A stretch of 64,000 nucleotides of DNA from an uncultured Eubacterium sp. (GCA_964631845.1 CAZWAG010000001.1:9547-73546), one strand, 5' to 3'. Positions 10,230 through 21,157 are shown, counted from the stretch's first letter. The notes: generated by a model not told the origin, from the sequence alone. Numbers and translations: made by a program.

Positions 10230-11164
10230 TATTCATCTCCTATATTTTTATTAATATTTTCTGTAACTCTGTTATACAATTCCTGAGCCGCATTATACCC
10301 CATCTTTTTCTGACGATGGTTAACCGACGCAGCCTCAACGATAACCGCAAGATTTCGTCCCGGTCTGATTGGAATTGAGTAACATACTACTTTATTTCCC
10401 AAAAACTCTGTATAATTGTCTTCCAGCCCAAGTCTGTCATAATCCTTGTCACGGTCCCATTCCTCGAGTTTTATAACCATGTCAATGTTTGTTGTATCCA
10501 AAATACTTTCAACACCAAACAATGCCTTTACGTCTATGATACCAATGCCTCGAAGCTCGATAAAATGCTTTGTGATAGCCGGTGCTGTTCCAACCAGGGT
10601 CTCGTCACTTACCTTTCTGATTTCAACAACGTCATCCGTGACAAGTCTGTGTCCTCTCTTTATAAGCTCAAGTGCAGCCTCGCTCTTACCGATGCCACTC
10701 TCACCTGTAATCAAAACACCTTCACCATAAACGTCAACCAAAACACCATGGATTGTAATACATGGTGCAAGCTGCACATTAAGCCATCTTGTAAGCTCAG
10801 CATCAAATCTTGATGTTGCCTCTTTAGTTGAGCAAATTGAAACTCCATTCTTTAGAGCTTCATCTATCATATCCTGATCCGGCTCTTTTCCTCTACACAA
10901 AATCAGGCATGGTATTCCACTGGTCATAAGTTTGTCGTACACCCAAAGTCTGTTTTGACGCTCCATACTATCCAAAAATGCACATTCAACATTTCCGATA
11001 ATCTGTACTCTCTCTTTGTCAAAATGCTCAAAAAATCCTGCAAGCTGAAGAGCGGGTCTGTTTACTTCAGGGGTAGATATTTCTATCTTAGATGCATCAA
11101 TTTCCGGAGTGTGATTCGTAAGTCCGTAATTTTCAATAATTTTACTAAATGCAATAGTTTCCAT
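10229..11164 (-). CDS. hprK: HPr(Ser) kinase/phosphatase
   Basis: HGVLVDVYGEGVLITGESGIGKSE, LVTDD, ELRGIGII, PGRNLAVI. Start moved to ATG 11164 (RBS aaggag). Confidence 0.97.
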   Translation of the reverse strand: METIAFSKIIENYGLTNHTPEIDASKIEISTPEVNRPALQLAGFFEHFDKERVQIIGNVECAFLDSMERQNRLWVYDKLMTSGIPCLILCRGKEPDQDMIDEALKNGVSICSTKEATSRFDAELTRWLNVQLAPCITIHGVLVDVYGEGVLITGESGIGKSEAALELIKRGHRLVTDDVVEIRKVSDETLVGTAPAITKHFIELRGIGIIDVKALFGVESILDTTNIDMVIKLEEWDRDKDYDRLGLEDNYTEFLGNKVVCYSIPIRPGRNLAVIVEAASVNHRQKKMGYNAAQELYNRVTENINKNIGDE

Positions 11165-11227
11165 AATTACTCCTTTCCGTCCTGTTTTAATGCTTTTTAG
11201 CATTAACCACCATTTTTTATTTTATCA

Positions 11228-13129
11228 TTAATGAAAAAACTCGTAAATGCTTTTTGCCACTTTTTCAGTAACTCCGGGAACTTGAATCAAAGCCTCGACA
11301 TTCGCATTTCTAATCTTTTCAATATCGCCAAAATATTTCATCAGCGCTTTTCGCCTTGACGGGCCAACTCCGGCAATATCATCCAATATTGAGTGAACAT
11401 CCTTTTTATTTCTAAGACTTCTGTGATATTCAATTGCAAATCTATGGGTTTCATCCTGAATTCTTGTTATCAGCCTAAACCCTTCGCTACTCTTGTCTAT
11501 CGGTATTTCCCGGTTGTTAAAATACAGCCCTCTTGTTCTGTGATTATCATCCTTGACCATACCGCACACAGGAATGTTTAGTTTTAATTCATTGAGCACC
11601 TCAAGAGCGATATTTACCTGTCCCTTTCCTCCATCCATAAGAATCAGCTGCGGAAATTTGCTAAAGCTTCCCAGCTCATAATCTCCACCTTCCATATCTA
11701 TCTTATGTCTTTCCTCTAAGCCATGTGTAAATCTTCTTGTCAGAACCTCCCTCATGCTTGCGTAATCATCCGGCCCCTTTACAGTCTTTATTCTAAATTT
11801 TCTGTAATTGTTTCGTTTTGGCTTCCCTTCCTCATACACAATCATTGAGGCAACACTCTCATATCCGTTAGTATTTGAAATATCATATGACTCCATTCTA
11901 ACAATACCTTCAATGCCGATTAACTGCTCTATCTCATTTACCGCGCCGACTGTCCTTCTATGCTCTCTTCTGTATTTTTCTTTATTCTGCTCCAAAAGGC
12001 TTCTCGCATTCTTCGCTGCAAGCTCTACCAACTTTTCCTTCTGGCCTTTCTTTGGATTTACAATTTTTACAGAATAATTTTTGTTTCTGCTAAGCATCTG
12101 ACTTAATAGTTCAGGTTCTTCAACTTCCTCCTGAACTAAAATCTGATGAGGTACAAAAGGAGTTCCGATGTAATACTGTTTTATAAAGCTAGTCAAAATA
12201 TCTTTTCCGGTATTCCCCGGCACTGTTGTCAGGTAAAAATGCTCTCTTCCTATAAGCTTTCCATTTCGCACAAAGAAAACCTGTACAACTGCGTCATTTC
12301 CTTCCTCGGCATAGGCAATAATATCTCTGTCCTCGAATTTATGTGTTGTGATTTTTTGATTACCTGCAACATGGTTGATGCTGTTAATCAAATCCCTGTA
12401 CTCCATAGCCGACTCGAAATCCATCTTACCCGATGCTTCCTGCATTTTCTCTTCCAGTTCTTTTAGTGTATCTTTATAATTACCCTCTAGAAAATCAAGA
12501 GCTCTTTCTATATTTGCTTTATATTTTTGCTTGGAAATATATCCCTGGCAGGCTCCATCACACTGTCCTATATGATAATAAAGGCAAGGTCTGCCATTTA
12601 TTTTTGGAATTTGTTTATATTCCCCTGATGGTGTGAAAGTGTCATCAGATACAATTGACTTGTTACAGCTTCTAATCTTATATATTTTTTGAAGCAGTTC
12701 GATTGTGTCACGCACCGCGCCGCTGCTGGTAAATGGACCAAAATATTTATTTCCATCCTTTTTCATTTTTCTGGCAAGTGTAACTCTCGGATAGTCCTCA
12801 CTCACCGTCACGCATATATATGGGTAAGCCTTGTCATCCATCAGCATCGTATTGTATTTTGGACGGTATTCTTTGATAAGATTGCACTCTAAAATAAGAG
12901 CCTCCAGTTCTGAATCAGTGAGAATATATTCAAATCTGCTAACCTTAGAAACCATAGACTCTATTTTGTTGCTGTGCTTTGCGCTTTTTCTAAAATAAGA
13001 GCTGACTCTTCTTTTTAGGTTAATCGCTTTGCCAACGTAAATAACATCATCCCGGGAGTCGTGCATCAGATATACACCCGGCGTTTGAGGCATTTTTTTC
13101 AATTCTTCAGAAATATTAAAATCAGTCAT
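11228..13129 (-). CDS. uvrC: Excinuclease ABC subunit C
   Basis: GIY-YIG (PGVYLM...YVGKA), [24 protein letters not shown] and a C-terminal HhH. Confidence 0.97.
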   Translation of the reverse strand: MTDFNISEELKKMPQTPGVYLMHDSRDDVIYVGKAINLKRRVSSYFRKSAKHSNKIESMVSKVSRFEYILTDSELEALILECNLIKEYRPKYNTMLMDDKAYPYICVTVSEDYPRVTLARKMKKDGNKYFGPFTSSGAVRDTIELLQKIYKIRSCNKSIVSDDTFTPSGEYKQIPKINGRPCLYYHIGQCDGACQGYISKQKYKANIERALDFLEGNYKDTLKELEEKMQEASGKMDFESAMEYRDLINSINHVAGNQKITTHKFEDRDIIAYAEEGNDAVVQVFFVRNGKLIGREHFYLTTVPGNTGKDILTSFIKQYYIGTPFVPHQILVQEEVEEPELLSQMLSRNKNYSVKIVNPKKGQKEKLVELAAKNARSLLEQNKEKYRREHRRTVGAVNEIEQLIGIEGIVRMESYDISNTNGYESVASMIVYEEGKPKRNNYRKFRIKTVKGPDDYASMREVLTRRFTHGLEERHKIDMEGGDYELGSFSKFPQLILMDGGKGQVNIALEVLNELKLNIPVCGMVKDDNHRTRGLYFNNREIPIDKSSEGFRLITRIQDETHRFAIEYHRSLRNKKDVHSILDDIAGVGPSRRKALMKYFGDIEKIRNANVEALIQVPGVTEKVAKSIYEFFH

Positions 13130-13223
13130 ACTATCACCTTAAAATAAATTAGTAATAGTATAACTGATTTTTACTTACTTTAAAAGTTACGGGAACTATT
13201 TATTATTCATGTTTTTTACATAT

Positions 13224-13257
13224 ATGATTAGAGTGTCAAAAGGTCACCTTACGAAGT
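13224..13257. repeat. Solo copy of the terminal arm of the 34.6-kb palindromic element, overlapping the ftsH stop codon
   Basis: atgattagagtgtcaaaaggtcaccttacgaagt matches the reverse complement of 34875-34908 at 30 of 34 positions. Confidence 0.8.
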
Positions 13258-15139
13258 CTGTTCTGTTTCCACCCCCTTCACTATCGCAGGCTTTATAGAT
13301 TTCCATAAATTCCTTACCTGTAATAGTTTCTCTTTCATAAAGGAATTTTGCAATCTTATCAAGCTTGTCCCTATTTTCAATGAGAAGCTTCTTTGCATCC
13401 TCATATCTGAGCTTGAGTAGATTTTTAACTTCCTCTTCGATTTCTGTAGCAGTCTTGTCGCTGCAGTTAAGAGATGAGCGATTGCTCAAATATGGATTGT
13501 CTATCTTCTCAAGACTCATAAGTCCGAATTTTTCTGACATACCATACTGTGCTATCATTGCACGTGCAATATCCGTTGCCTTTTCCATATCGTTCGATGC
13601 ACCTGTTGTGACTGAATCAAACACAATTTCCTCTGACGCTCTACCCGCAAGAAGAGTTACAAGTCTTGCGTTCAATTCATCCTTTGTCATAAGGAATTTT
13701 TCTTCCTCAGGAGCTGAGATAACATAGCCCAACGAACCCATTGTTCTAGGAACAATTGTAATCTTCTGTACCGGTTCAGCATCCTTCTGCAAAGCAGTTA
13801 CAAGAGCGTGACCTACTTCATGATATGCCACAATCTTCTTTTCTTCCTTGCTCAATACTCTGTCTTTCTTTTCCTTACCGGCAATAACTACTTCTACAGC
13901 TTCCATAAGGTCAGCCTGCGAAATTGCTTTTCTTCCATTCTTTACTGCGTTGATTGCAGCTTCATTTACCATATTTGCAAGATCTGAACCAACCGCACCA
14001 CTTGTAATATTTGCAATTGCATCCAAATCTACAGTTTCATCTAATTTAACATCCTTTGAATGAACCTTTAATGTCTCTACTCTTCCCTTTAAATCCGGAG
14101 CATCTACAATAACTCTTCTGTCAAATCTGCCCGGACGCAAAAGTGCCGGATCCAATACCTCAGGTCTGTTTGTGGCTGCCAAAATAAGGATACCCTTTGA
14201 AGTGTCAAAGCCATCCATTTCTGTTAACAATGCGTTTAATGTCTGCTCTCTCTCATCATTTCCACCGCCATACTTTGAGTCTCTGCTCTTTCCGATAGAG
14301 TCAATCTCGTCAATGAAAACAATACATGGTGCATTCTGTTCAGCCTGCTTAAATAAATCTCTTACTCTTGAGGCACCTACGCCTACAAACATTTCAACAA
14401 AATCAGAACCTGACAATGAGAAAAATGGAACCTTTGCCTCACCGGCAACTGCCTTAGCAAGCAATGTCTTACCTGTTCCCGGCGGTCCAACTAAGAGAGC
14501 ACCCTTTGGAAGCTTTGCTCCTATCTCTGTGTATTTTCCGGGATTGTGCAGGAAATCTACGAGTTCAACAACAGATTCCTTTGCTTCCTCCTGACCTGCT
14601 ACATCCTTGAAGGTTATACCTGTTTCCTTCTGAATATATACTTTTGCATTGCTCTTTCCTACACCCAATGGTCCACCTGCCCCACCACTGGCTTTGCGCA
14701 TGATGAATGTCATCAATCCCATGAACAGTACAAATGGTAATATCCACTGTAATAGAACTATAAGAAGCATGTTTGATGTGTCAGTCTGTTTTCCTTTGAA
14801 GTCCACATTCTTATACTCTGTCTTGAGTTCTGAAATCAAATCAGGGTCGTCAAGTGCTGTAGTCCAAAACGTCACTTTTACTAATCTTGAATTTTCAACC
14901 CTTGGGTTAATTATTATCTTGTCTTCCTCAAAAACTACACTCTCAACCTTATCTTTTTCCAAAAGCTGGATAAACTGATTGTATGTTATTTCCTTCTTTG
15001 TTGCTTTTTCTGATATATATGAAGAAACTGATGTCAAAAATAAAGCTGCAATTATTGAAACAATAATCAAAGCGATTTGACTTTGCTTTTGTCTCTTCTC
15101 GTCCTTTCTATATGGATTGTTTTTATTATTGTCACTCAT
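13244..15139 (-). CDS. ftsH: ATP-dependent zinc metalloprotease FtsH
   Basis: Two N-terminal TM helices, GPPGTGKT, FIDEID, SRH (ATNRPEVLDPALLRPGRFDR), HEVGH. Confidence 0.96.
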   Translation of the reverse strand: MSDNNKNNPYRKDEKRQKQSQIALIIVSIIAALFLTSVSSYISEKATKKEITYNQFIQLLEKDKVESVVFEEDKIIINPRVENSRLVKVTFWTTALDDPDLISELKTEYKNVDFKGKQTDTSNMLLIVLLQWILPFVLFMGLMTFIMRKASGGAGGPLGVGKSNAKVYIQKETGITFKDVAGQEEAKESVVELVDFLHNPGKYTEIGAKLPKGALLVGPPGTGKTLLAKAVAGEAKVPFFSLSGSDFVEMFVGVGASRVRDLFKQAEQNAPCIVFIDEIDSIGKSRDSKYGGGNDEREQTLNALLTEMDGFDTSKGILILAATNRPEVLDPALLRPGRFDRRVIVDAPDLKGRVETLKVHSKDVKLDETVDLDAIANITSGAVGSDLANMVNEAAINAVKNGRKAISQADLMEAVEVVIAGKEKKDRVLSKEEKKIVAYHEVGHALVTALQKDAEPVQKITIVPRTMGSLGYVISAPEEEKFLMTKDELNARLVTLLAGRASEEIVFDSVTTGASNDMEKATDIARAMIAQYGMSEKFGLMSLEKIDNPYLSNRSSLNCSDKTATEIEEEVKNLLKLRYEDAKKLLIENRDKLDKIAKFLYERETITGKEFMEIYKACDSEGGGNRTDFVR

Positions 15140-15498
15140 TTAAAATGTCCTTTCTCCAATGTTTCGCTATTTTTCTCATAATAATATATCACAGTATTTA
15201 TTTATATTGTGAATTTTCGCTTAAATTTTTATGAATTTTTTACTTTATTAATTTTTTCCTAGCATAATAAAGTTTCTTGTAGTAGAATAATACTGTTGTA
15301 AACAAAAAACGACAACTTGTTCAAAATAATATTATTTTGAACATCAATTTTTATTAATAGTAAAAGAATACTATTGCAAACAAAAGAAACGATATATAAG
15401 TACTAAATATATTTTGACACAAGATTATGCATTCCCCTTATTGCATAATTTTTCCTTTTTAAGGCTTTTGTTTTCTTTATGTTCTTTTGGAGGTAATT

Positions 15499-17103
15499 AT
15501 GGCAGAAAAATATGTATTTGTAACAGGTGGTGTTGTATCTGGTCTTGGTAAGGGTATAACCGCGGCTTCTTTAGGTCGTTTGCTCAAAGCCAGAGGGTAT
15601 AAGGTTACTATGCAAAAGTTTGACCCTTATATTAACATTGATCCGGGTACTATGAATCCTATTCAACACGGTGAAGTTTATGTAACTGATGACGGTGCAG
15701 AAACTGACCTTGATTTAGGACATTATGAAAGATTTATTGACGAGAGTCTTACAAAGAACTCAAACGTAACTACAGGCAAGGTTTATTGGTCTGTTCTTGA
15801 AAAAGAACGTAGAGGTGATTTCGGCGGAGGAACTGTTCAGGTTATTCCACACATCACCAACGAGATTAAAAGCCGTTTTCATAAAAGCACAACTGACGAG
15901 ACAGAAATTGCTATTATCGAGGTAGGTGGTACAGTTGGTGATATTGAATCACAGCCATACATCGAAGCTATTCGTCAGTTCCAGCACGAGGTTGGACGTG
16001 AAAATTGTATATTAATTCATGTTGCACTTATGGTTTATTTGCCAGCTTCTGAAGAAATGAAAACTAAGCCAATTCAGATGAGTGTAAAGGAATTGCAGAG
16101 GCTTGGTATTCAGCCGGACGTTGTTGTATGCCGTACAGAGCATGAAATTGATGACAATTTAAAAGACAAAATCAGTCTGTTCTGTAATGTTCCAACAAGC
16201 CATGTTGTTCAAAACTTAACTGTAGATGTTTTATATGAAGCTCCTCTTGCTATGGAGAAAGAACATCTCGCAGAAATTGTATGTGACAGTCTCAATCTTG
16301 ATTGTCCTGAACCTGATTTGGAAGAATGGAAGGAAATGATTTTTGCAGCAAAGAATCCTACTCAGGAAGTAACTGTTGCATTAGTTGGAAAATATATTGC
16401 ACTGCATGACGCTTACATCAGTGTTGTTGAGTCATTAAAGCACGCCGGCTATCCAAGCCGCGCAACTGTAAATATTAAATGGGTTGATTCTGAAGAGGTT
16501 ACTGACGAAAATGCTGCTGATATTTTCTCAGATGTGTCAGGGATTCTTGTTCCCGGTGGATTCGGAAGCCGTGGTATTGAAGGAAAGATTTCAGCTATCA
16601 AATATGCCCGTGAAAATAACATTCCATTCCTTGGACTTTGTCTTGGAATGCAATTGTCAATTGTTGAATTTGCAAGAGATGTTATAGGCTACAGCGATGC
16701 TCACAGTATCGAGCTTGATCCGAACACAACTCATCCTGTAATCAGCCTTATGCCTGACCAGGAAGGTGTTACAGATATCGGTGGAACACTAAGACTCGGG
16801 GCTTATCCTTGTAAGCTTGACAAGAACAGCAGGGCATATAATTTGTACAATTCTGAATTAGTATATGAGCGTCACAGACATCGTTATGAAGTAAACAATG
16901 ACTACAGACAGGATTTGGCAGACAACGGAATGCTTCTCTCAGGTATTTCCCCGGATGGAAGAATCGTCGAGATGGTAGAAATTCCAGAGCATCCATTCTT
17001 TGTTGCAACACAGGCTCATCCGGAATTAAAGAGCCGTCCAAACAAACCACATCCATTGTTCCTTGGATTTGTGAATGCAGCAATTGAAAAGAGGAATTCA
17101 TAG
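15499..17103 (+). CDS. pyrG: CTP synthase
   Basis: [46 protein letters not shown]. Start ATG 15499 after ggagg. Confidence 0.98.
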   Translation: MAEKYVFVTGGVVSGLGKGITAASLGRLLKARGYKVTMQKFDPYINIDPGTMNPIQHGEVYVTDDGAETDLDLGHYERFIDESLTKNSNVTTGKVYWSVLEKERRGDFGGGTVQVIPHITNEIKSRFHKSTTDETEIAIIEVGGTVGDIESQPYIEAIRQFQHEVGRENCILIHVALMVYLPASEEMKTKPIQMSVKELQRLGIQPDVVVCRTEHEIDDNLKDKISLFCNVPTSHVVQNLTVDVLYEAPLAMEKEHLAEIVCDSLNLDCPEPDLEEWKEMIFAAKNPTQEVTVALVGKYIALHDAYISVVESLKHAGYPSRATVNIKWVDSEEVTDENAADIFSDVSGILVPGGFGSRGIEGKISAIKYARENNIPFLGLCLGMQLSIVEFARDVIGYSDAHSIELDPNTTHPVISLMPDQEGVTDIGGTLRLGAYPCKLDKNSRAYNLYNSELVYERHRHRYEVNNDYRQDLADNGMLLSGISPDGRIVEMVEIPEHPFFVATQAHPELKSRPNKPHPLFLGFVNAAIEKRNS

Positions 17104-17140
17104 TAAGATTTGCTTGTGAAGCAAATTGGAACATTTATAG

Positions 17141-17210
17141 AAAAGGGGCTGTACAAACAGTCTCTAATTAACAGACCTGCATTGAAGACGGTGCAGGTCT
17201 GTTTCTTTTT
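17141..17210 (+). repeat. Dispersed hairpin repeat, copy B (left boundary of the O-acetylation cassette)
   Basis: aaaaggggctgtacaaacagtctc, then a 12-bp perfect stem aacagacctgca/tgcaggtctgtt (17170-17203) and a T tract. Confidence 0.8.
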
Positions 17211-17253
17211 CTGTTAAAATCATTTTCTATCTTGTATATATTTTATAGGATTT

Positions 17254-18141
17254 TTAAAATTGTTCCGGATAAATATTACTGATATATTCCTTATAAGTCG
17301 TCAATGGAATAATGAAACTAGGACATCCTGCTTGGCCTGGTCCAATTACATATTTATCGAACACAATAACTATTTCTCCTTCATTTGTAAAATAATAATT
17401 CCACCCCTCCTCTTCATTTTCTAATCGTATATCATTTTTCAGTATATCTAACCAATATACATTTTCATCATCCTCTTTTATTTGTTTGATTATTTGCTCT
17501 TTTATCACTTTTGACGCTTTATAATTATCTACAAACAAATCATTCCATTGTACTATTGAATCCGTCTCTTTGTTTAGATGATAATATTTATAATACACAT
17601 TACTGCTTGCAGCTATTTCAGTCACTTCAATACGCAGAGTAAACCACTTGCTGTTATTCGTAATAACATCATAATCAATATTCATCGACAAATGACCATC
17701 TCTGTCCCAATTGCCTGTTTTTTTATTAAACTCATCCAATATTTTATTTATATACTTTTCAACATCATTATTTACATCTTCATATGCTGAGCCCTTAATA
17801 TCTCCTTGTATTAAAGGACGTTTCATCTCTAACTCCTCATTTTCACTAATATTTTCATACTTTCTTATCGTAACTATCTTGAAAAAACTGCCTACTACCG
17901 GAATGTTTCCCATTGCATATGCAATCTCCTGATAAGTATTTGGGAGTATTAGCATAATTGCTAATACTGCAGCTGCAACTGTTTTTATAATACGATTGCG
18001 TTTATGTTTTCTCTCGATTTTGACTATTTTATTGTCTTTTTCAGGTAATTGCTCTAGTGTTTCTACCACCATTTTTGAGATGTCATCTGGAATATGTTTT
18101 TTACTCTCACTTATCTTTTCTCTTAAATCGCTATCTATCAT
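17254..18141 (-). CDS. RsiV-like anti-sigma factor (single TM, DUF3298-type extracytoplasmic domain)
   Basis: ILPNT...IAYAMGNIPVVGSFFKIVTIR and YYFTNEGEIVIVFDKYVIGPGQAG-PSF resemble RsiV. Directly downstream of an ECF sigma. Confidence 0.8.
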   Translation of the reverse strand: MIDSDLREKISESKKHIPDDISKMVVETLEQLPEKDNKIVKIERKHKRNRIIKTVAAAVLAIMLILPNTYQEIAYAMGNIPVVGSFFKIVTIRKYENISENEELEMKRPLIQGDIKGSAYEDVNNDVEKYINKILDEFNKKTGNWDRDGHLSMNIDYDVITNNSKWFTLRIEVTEIAASSNVYYKYYHLNKETDSIVQWNDLFVDNYKASKVIKEQIIKQIKEDDENVYWLDILKNDIRLENEEEGWNYYFTNEGEIVIVFDKYVIGPGQAGCPSFIIPLTTYKEYISNIYPEQF

Positions 18142-18144
18142 TCT

Positions 18145-18639
18145 TTACACCTCCTTATAATCCTTAAGTATTTCTCTTAATTTTTCTCTTGCCCTTGAAA
18201 GACGCTTCCTAACTGTCGCCGAACTCTCATCCAATATAACACTTATATCTTTTATTTTCATATTTTCAAAATAATACAATATTATCGTTGTTCTATATGC
18301 AAGCGGCAACTGTTGTATCGCATCATACAAATCTATTTTTTCTTCCACAAACAGTTCTTTGCCTTTCTCTGCCACATTTTTTTCGTCTATATCTACCAAG
18401 TACTTTTTTTTTCGCAAAAAATCATACACACAATTTTTCAAAATGGTAATTATCCACGTTTTAAATTTTTTAGGTTCTTTTAGTGAGTCCAGATTTTCAT
18501 AAGCCTTTATAATTGCATCCTGCATCACATCTTTTGTATCGCTGTCATTTTTTAAAATGGAAAAAGCATATCGATACATACAGTCTTGTTGCTGTACTAC
18601 TTGCTCGCTAAACCATTCCTTATCGCTTTTATATTTCAT
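18145..18639 (-). CDS. ECF RNA polymerase sigma factor (SigV-like)
   Basis: DVMQDAIIKAY, FKTWIITILKN (region 2) and ATVRKRLSRAREKL (region 4). ATG 18639 overlaps the upstream stop (ATGA). Confidence 0.9.
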   Translation of the reverse strand: MKYKSDKEWFSEQVVQQQDCMYRYAFSILKNDSDTKDVMQDAIIKAYENLDSLKEPKKFKTWIITILKNCVYDFLRKKKYLVDIDEKNVAEKGKELFVEEKIDLYDAIQQLPLAYRTTIILYYFENMKIKDISVILDESSATVRKRLSRAREKLREILKDYKEV

Positions 18640-19460
18640 TCTTTTACTCCTTTTGTACATATCCATCTAATCCACTCCTGATAATATTTGCCAAGTACAT
18701 GTACATCATCGCTGGAATAATCCATTTTTAAATTTCCATTTGAATCGTCAAATTTTTCATTTATATCTAGAAAATAAATGCCCTTGTCCTTTGCAATTTT
18801 TTTTATTAACATATTTATGCTATTAATGACTCTATTATTGATTCTATCTTTATTTTTATTTTCTGTAACATGCAAATTTGCACATAAAACTATTTTTACT
18901 TCCGGTTGAGCTTCCATGATTCTCTTTACCACTTCCTCGTATTTATTTTTTATTGAATACTTAGGATAGCCCGCTTCATTGATTCCCAGCATTATATAAA
19001 TCTTTCCAAACTTTTTTTCTTTCAACAATCTATCAAGAGATACTTTTCCTATATTTGGAACGAATAGCTCTGTGTCAAATAACTTGAATACAGACATTCC
19101 TGTATCGGCAAAAAAAGTAGCTTCATTTGCCCCACCATATTCCATTAAACCAACGGTTCTGGAATCTCCGATAAACAGCGCATCCGACAGATACTCCCTC
19201 CCCACTTTTTCATACTTATTCTGTTCCTTTTTATTCGTAGTTTTTTCCTGTTCCTGCTTATTTATCCTCTGCTTTTGTTGTTCAACTTGACCTTCGTTCT
19301 CGTTTTTCAATTCTTTTGTTGTTATATTAACACTTTCATTTTCATCTATATGTACCGTATCATAATTGCTTTCTTTTTTGTCATTAATTGTTTTTCCTAA
19401 AATCACAATACCTGTCACAATATAACATAATAATATCATCACCAAATATTTTCTTTTCAT
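18636..19460 (-). CDS. Membrane-anchored SGNH/GDSL hydrolase-family protein (PatB/AlgJ-like O-acetyltransferase candidate)
   Basis: N-terminal TM, FIGDSRT (catalytic Ser), LGINE, DDVH (DxxH). Adjacent to an MBOAT. Confidence 0.8.
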   Translation of the reverse strand: MKRKYLVMILLCYIVTGIVILGKTINDKKESNYDTVHIDENESVNITTKELKNENEGQVEQQKQRINKQEQEKTTNKKEQNKYEKVGREYLSDALFIGDSRTVGLMEYGGANEATFFADTGMSVFKLFDTELFVPNIGKVSLDRLLKEKKFGKIYIMLGINEAGYPKYSIKNKYEEVVKRIMEAQPEVKIVLCANLHVTENKNKDRINNRVINSINMLIKKIAKDKGIYFLDINEKFDDSNGNLKMDYSSDDVHVLGKYYQEWIRWICTKGVKE

Positions 19461-19481
19461 TTCCTTCTCCTCTTCTTAATT

Positions 19482-20852
19482 CTAAAACTGAAAGTATAAA
19501 AATGGGTCATCCATTCCTTGATATAAACAATATGAAACTGCAATAAATATACCCAATAATACTATTATTTCCACTATGCTATATTTCAGCTTTTTAATGA
19601 TATTTCTAGCTAATGGTGTCGAAAGCAGTACACAAATAAATAATAGTATTCCATATTGGTTAAAATATTTTACATAATCTCCGTGAAAAATTACATTTTC
19701 ATTTGGAATTGCTCCAAATAATTTTTTAAAAAATATAATCATCTGGTTGAAATCCATATTTACGAATATAGCCCATGTCAATGGAATAGCAAAAAACATA
19801 TATATATGTCCTACAAGTTTGTTTTTATCCAGCCACTCTTTTAGACCTGCTTTTTCTATTGAAATCAAAGCAAACAATACAAATCCCCAGAGCACGAAGT
19901 TATAACCTGCTCCGTGCCATATGCCTGTCAACATCCATACGATAAACAAATTTGCTATTGTTCTAAGCCGTCCTTTTCTGTTCCCACCTAAAGGAATATA
20001 TACATATTCTCTAAACCAGTTTCCTAAAGTAATATGCCATCGTCTCCAAAATTCTGTCATACTCGTTGCAATGTAAGGATTTTTAAAATTTTTTGGAAAA
20101 TTAAATCCCAACATTTTTCCCAATCCTACTGCCATTAGCGAGTATCCATAGAAATCGAAGTATATTTGAAATGAATAGGCCAGAATTGCCATCCATGCAA
20201 ATGGAATTGATATCGTTTCGAATCCAATCATTTTTGCCTGACGCCACATTCCTCCTATCTGGTTTGCTATCAGCACTTTCATTCCCAATCCATAAACAAA
20301 AAAACGACAACCACTTATGAACATTTGAATGTTCTTTTTTCTTTCATGCAACGCTTTCAAAACAGATGAATATGTTACAATTGGACCTGCTATCAATTGT
20401 GGAAACATAGCCAAATATGCTCCAAAGTTTACAAAGGATTTTTCTGCATCACATTTTCTTTTATAAACATCACATAAATACGAGATTGCTTGAAAGCTAT
20501 AAAAACTTATTCCAATTGGTAATGCTATTTTTAATTCTTCTCCAAATATTTCTTTTGCAAAAAAGCTTGTATATTTGAAATAAACCAAAATACTTAAATT
20601 ATAAAATATCCCCAATCCAAGCCAAAATTTTTTTTCATTTGACTGATCCATTATATTTCCTATGGAATAATTAACAACAATACTCATCAAAAAAACAACT
20701 ATATGTATCGGATGTTCATGGGAGCCTACCCAATAGAAAATAATACTCCCTGACAAAATAATTGCATTCCCAAATTTATTGTCTAATATGTAGTATACTG
20801 CCAAAAAAATTGGGAGAAATATATATAAAAAAGAAATACTACTAAAGACCAT
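19482..20852 (-). CDS. MBOAT-family O-acyltransferase (AlgI/PatA-like)
   Basis: LPIGISFYSFQAISY, FPQLIAGPI, QIYFDFYGYS, EFWRRWHITL, GIWHGA. Confidence 0.92.
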   Translation of the reverse strand: MVFSSISFLYIFLPIFLAVYYILDNKFGNAIILSGSIIFYWVGSHEHPIHIVVFLMSIVVNYSIGNIMDQSNEKKFWLGLGIFYNLSILVYFKYTSFFAKEIFGEELKIALPIGISFYSFQAISYLCDVYKRKCDAEKSFVNFGAYLAMFPQLIAGPIVTYSSVLKALHERKKNIQMFISGCRFFVYGLGMKVLIANQIGGMWRQAKMIGFETISIPFAWMAILAYSFQIYFDFYGYSLMAVGLGKMLGFNFPKNFKNPYIATSMTEFWRRWHITLGNWFREYVYIPLGGNRKGRLRTIANLFIVWMLTGIWHGAGYNFVLWGFVLFALISIEKAGLKEWLDKNKLVGHIYMFFAIPLTWAIFVNMDFNQMIIFFKKLFGAIPNENVIFHGDYVKYFNQYGILLFICVLLSTPLARNIIKKLKYSIVEIIVLLGIFIAVSYCLYQGMDDPFLYFQF

Positions 20853-20904
20853 CTTTTTTGTCCCCTCTAATCGATTAGTAATCTCAAATCCTAATTACAT
20901 ATAT

Positions 20905-20933
20905 TAGACGTGTTTCTATGTGAAAATGTGACA
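20905..20933 (-). promoter_or_regulatory. Putative ECF-sigma promoter of the cassette
   Basis: Minus strand TGTCAC-N17-CGTCTA about 50 nt upstream of the MBOAT ATG. CGTC is the -10 type used by SigV/SigM-class ECF sigmas. Confidence 0.6.
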
Positions 20934-20960
20934 TCATTAATGAAAAAAGTTAAGGAACGC

Positions 20961-21057
20961 ATCAACAATTAATGCCTATATAAAGAAAAGCAGAACCTGC
21001 ATCGTCATTAGCCAATGCAAATTCTGCTAATTAAGGACTTTTTTTACAGCCCCTTTT
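20961..21057 (-). repeat. Dispersed hairpin repeat, copy C (right boundary of the cassette, inverted relative to copy B)
   Basis: Reverse complement: aaaaggggctgtaaaaaaaagtccttaattagcagaatttgcattggctaatgacgatgcaggttctgcttttctttatataggcattaattgttgat. Confidence 0.8.
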
Positions 21058-21157
21058 TATTTATATATGACTTTATACTATTTTCTTCTTTGCCGATGTT
21101 CATACGCTTTTGCTATTTTAGTATGCCACAGTGCTCCTTGCGCTAAAAATCCACAAA

